Positions 61,840 to 64,000 of a stretch of 64,000 bases of DNA are shown here, piece by piece (within the stretch, counting starts at the first letter, position 1; each line of letters opens with the position of its first letter). The translations under genes were made by a program, and so were the position numbers. The notes beneath the pieces were generated by a model. That model worked only from the letters and a program-made list of their open reading frames with translations. It did no database searches and was not told the origin of the DNA. The DNA comes from Candidatus Latescibacterota bacterium (GTDB lineage Bacteria; Latescibacterota; UBA2968; GCA-2709665), in contig OZ252100.1 in assembly GCA_965248435.1 (NCBI GenBank), positions 4,224,001 to 4,288,000 of the forward strand. Direction: 5' to 3'.

Positions 61840-62835
61840 ATGAAACTTACTCAGCCCGTACAGATTCTCACGAAGTCTCACTGCAACACAGAGGACCTGG
61901 TCGAATCTGGTCTTAATCGGCTGCAGCAAGACGGGTATGTTGTTTTCGAGCGGTTCTTCCAACCCGAATTTACTGAGGGGATTTATGCAGCTTTTCGTGA
62001 ACGGATCGACTGCCCAGCGTCTTATGGTGGTAAGTTCGGTCGAGGTGAGGACAAGGTTAATGTCACCTATGTGGACCATCCGTTTACGCTTCACCCAAAC
62101 ACGGTCCGGCTGGCGACCCATGAGTCTTTTGTCAAGATCTTTGAGCGTTATGTTCAGACGCCTGTGGTTCTCTCGTATGCCATTGCATATCGCACCCACT
62201 GTATTACAGACCCGGCTTTACAGAGGGACCTCCTCGTGCCCGGTGCATTCAGCGGCTGGCACTCAGACGCGAACCTGATCGCACCCAACCGAGGCTACCG
62301 CCTCTTGGTTTCTATTCTGTATCTGAAGGACGTCAATCCGGGCGGTGGCGCGCTTCAGGTGATCAGAGGCAGCCACACATACGGCAGTCAGAAGCGAGCG
62401 TGGACGCCCGAGGAGGTTGAAGCGCGCAAGGAGAATATCGAGGAGATCTGCGCCCCGGCGGGCTCTGTTATACTTTTCGACATGGAGGTCATCCACCGTG
62501 CAGGCATACCGAAGAACACTTGCCGCGATATTTTCAGGTGTTGTTATGCGCCGGAAGGAAAGTATGCGGAACCTGCAATCTTTTCGAACGAAACGATACC
62601 ATCCGACATGAATCCCAAGGTGGCGCGTCTGTTGAGGTTCGGGCAGGCAAGTTCGATCGCGTTGCCCTTGAGCCAAGGTGATCTTCTAGAAGCTGTTTCG
62701 TTGCGACACCTGTTGGTGGGTGTCGGGGGACGTGTGTTTTCTCCCGAATGGTATTTTACCCAGGCGAGGATGTGCCTGAGACGCGTCGTGTATCGCAGCA
62801 AGCTTTTGAAACGATTCCTAGAGTACCTGAGGTGA
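61840..62835 (+). CDS. PhyH-family Fe(II)/2OG dioxygenase
   Basis: GWHSD, YLKDV...GSH, IHRAG; start placed at MKLTQ. Confidence 0.82.
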   Translation: MKLTQPVQILTKSHCNTEDLVESGLNRLQQDGYVVFERFFQPEFTEGIYAAFRERIDCPASYGGKFGRGEDKVNVTYVDHPFTLHPNTVRLATHESFVKIFERYVQTPVVLSYAIAYRTHCITDPALQRDLLVPGAFSGWHSDANLIAPNRGYRLLVSILYLKDVNPGGGALQVIRGSHTYGSQKRAWTPEEVEARKENIEEICAPAGSVILFDMEVIHRAGIPKNTCRDIFRCCYAPEGKYAEPAIFSNETIPSDMNPKVARLLRFGQASSIALPLSQGDLLEAVSLRHLLVGVGGRVFSPEWYFTQARMCLRRVVYRSKLLKRFLEYLR

Positions 62836-62859
62836 CCGTGCGTATTTCGGTTGTATTAG

Positions 62860-63906
62860 ATGTCCCTTGATATCTACAGTCTGTTTGATATAGACACCCT
62901 GATGGAGCGCCGTAGCGAGTCTGCCTTGGTATGTCCCCACACAGGTCTCGTGTATTCTGTGGCGCACGGCGTTCCTATAGTGCTACTCGATGAAGAGTTA
63001 CGAGCGAATAGCCTTTATATAGAAAAACGAATGGAAGATTTAGGCGTCTTTGAGGGCACTATACCTTGTCCAAAGAGGTATGAGGCCGAAAAACGGTCCA
63101 TATCGTATTTCAAAGGCGTTCGTAAATTATTGAGCTTTCAAATCGGCTACGTCTTGCGCCGTACGCCGAGGGCCCTGGCAGAAAGAATCCTCAGAAAGCT
63201 ACAAGGTATGCCATGGCGTCGTCCCCTAGAGGCGGTGCAAAGGGGATACGAATCCATCAAATATGATAGTCGTTACGCTGTGCCGAATTCCTTCTTTTTG
63301 GGCATTGAAGGCGGCCGGTTCTTTGAGTGGAATATCGCCAATGTTCAGGAGCGCTTGCTAGCAGAGGTTGTTGAATTGGCAGAATTGAACTCGGCCCAAC
63401 GTATTATCGATGTGGGATGCGGGTTTGGAGAAAAGCTGTTGTGGCTGGCCCAAGCGCTGCACGATCGCGACCTTAATATAGGGCTCTATGGCGTAGACAT
63501 GACGCATTCGCGCGTCGCAGGCGCGTATCTCATGCACCGTCAGCATAATTCCGTTGGGCAGCCCGTTTTGTTTACAGGAGACGCGCGTTTTATCCCGTAT
63601 CCAGACAATTACTTTGACATTGGCTATACGCAGTATGTTTTTGAAGTCATGCCAAAGAAAGTCTTGGAGCACGCGATGTTGGAGATGTTACGAGTCTGTA
63701 AGCGGGCGATTCTGTTCGAACCGCTATTGTGCATCCAGTCTGTATTCGGGCGTTTGTACAACTTTCTTTTCGACCTGGGTGGGGTTTACGTGGACTTTCT
63801 GGACCCCGAAAAATATGAAATCTCGGTCGAAGAATTCAACATGGACTACAAGAACAACTGCGCGATTGTCAGGATCGAAAAGCGATCTCCGATGGGAACC
63901 ATTTAA
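62860..63906 (+). CDS. Class I SAM methyltransferase with Trm112-like N-terminus
   Basis: LVCP..G.VY.V..GVPIVL; IDVGCGFG; GDARFIPYPDNYFD. Confidence 0.82.
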   Translation: MSLDIYSLFDIDTLMERRSESALVCPHTGLVYSVAHGVPIVLLDEELRANSLYIEKRMEDLGVFEGTIPCPKRYEAEKRSISYFKGVRKLLSFQIGYVLRRTPRALAERILRKLQGMPWRRPLEAVQRGYESIKYDSRYAVPNSFFLGIEGGRFFEWNIANVQERLLAEVVELAELNSAQRIIDVGCGFGEKLLWLAQALHDRDLNIGLYGVDMTHSRVAGAYLMHRQHNSVGQPVLFTGDARFIPYPDNYFDIGYTQYVFEVMPKKVLEHAMLEMLRVCKRAILFEPLLCIQSVFGRLYNFLFDLGGVYVDFLDPEKYEISVEEFNMDYKNNCAIVRIEKRSPMGTI

Positions 63907-63960
63907 TAGCAGTCTGGAGTATTGCTATCTATGCTACAGCGAGGGAGCAGAACGGATGTG

Positions 63961-64000
63961 ATGGTTTCTCTGAGTGTCATTATTCCGGTATATAACGAGT
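63961..64000 (+). CDS. Start of a family 2 glycosyltransferase, running off the window
   Basis: MVSLSVIIPVYNE. Confidence 0.8.
   Translation, partial: MVSLSVIIPVYNE

Overview
Bacterial chromosomal window, about 55-60% GC by eye, with more AT-rich blocks in the glycan locus. The cohesin/dockerin-like proteins suggest a Latescibacterota-like host (inference only). It has four parts. (1) 1-16.2 kb: metabolic genes (metallophosphoesterase, MetE-like catalytic domain, msrB, hydrolase, oxidoreductase), then a 1710-aa secreted cohesin/dockerin-like protein with a sigma28-like promoter and four neighbouring genes. (2) 16.2-27.5 kb: a patchwork insert containing IS1380, host-like cargo genes broken at both ends, a phage terminase fragment and portal gene, a 4x65-bp tandem array, a repeat protein with a dockerin-like tail, and an IS3 remnant. 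(3) 27.5-37.2 kb: a second, mosaically diverged direct copy of about 9.7 kb of part 1. (4) 37.3-64 kb: a BMP lipoprotein, an IS621-like IS110 element, an IS30, and a large surface-glycan locus with unusual tailoring enzymes (carbamoyltransferase, three radical SAM enzymes, KdsB-like transferase, two aminotransferases, PhyH dioxygenase). The IS110 bridge-RNA guides, circle-junction promoter and GTAG-REP target can all be read directly from the sequence. No CRISPR array, tRNA or rRNA was recognised. All calls come from reading motifs by eye; no searches were run.
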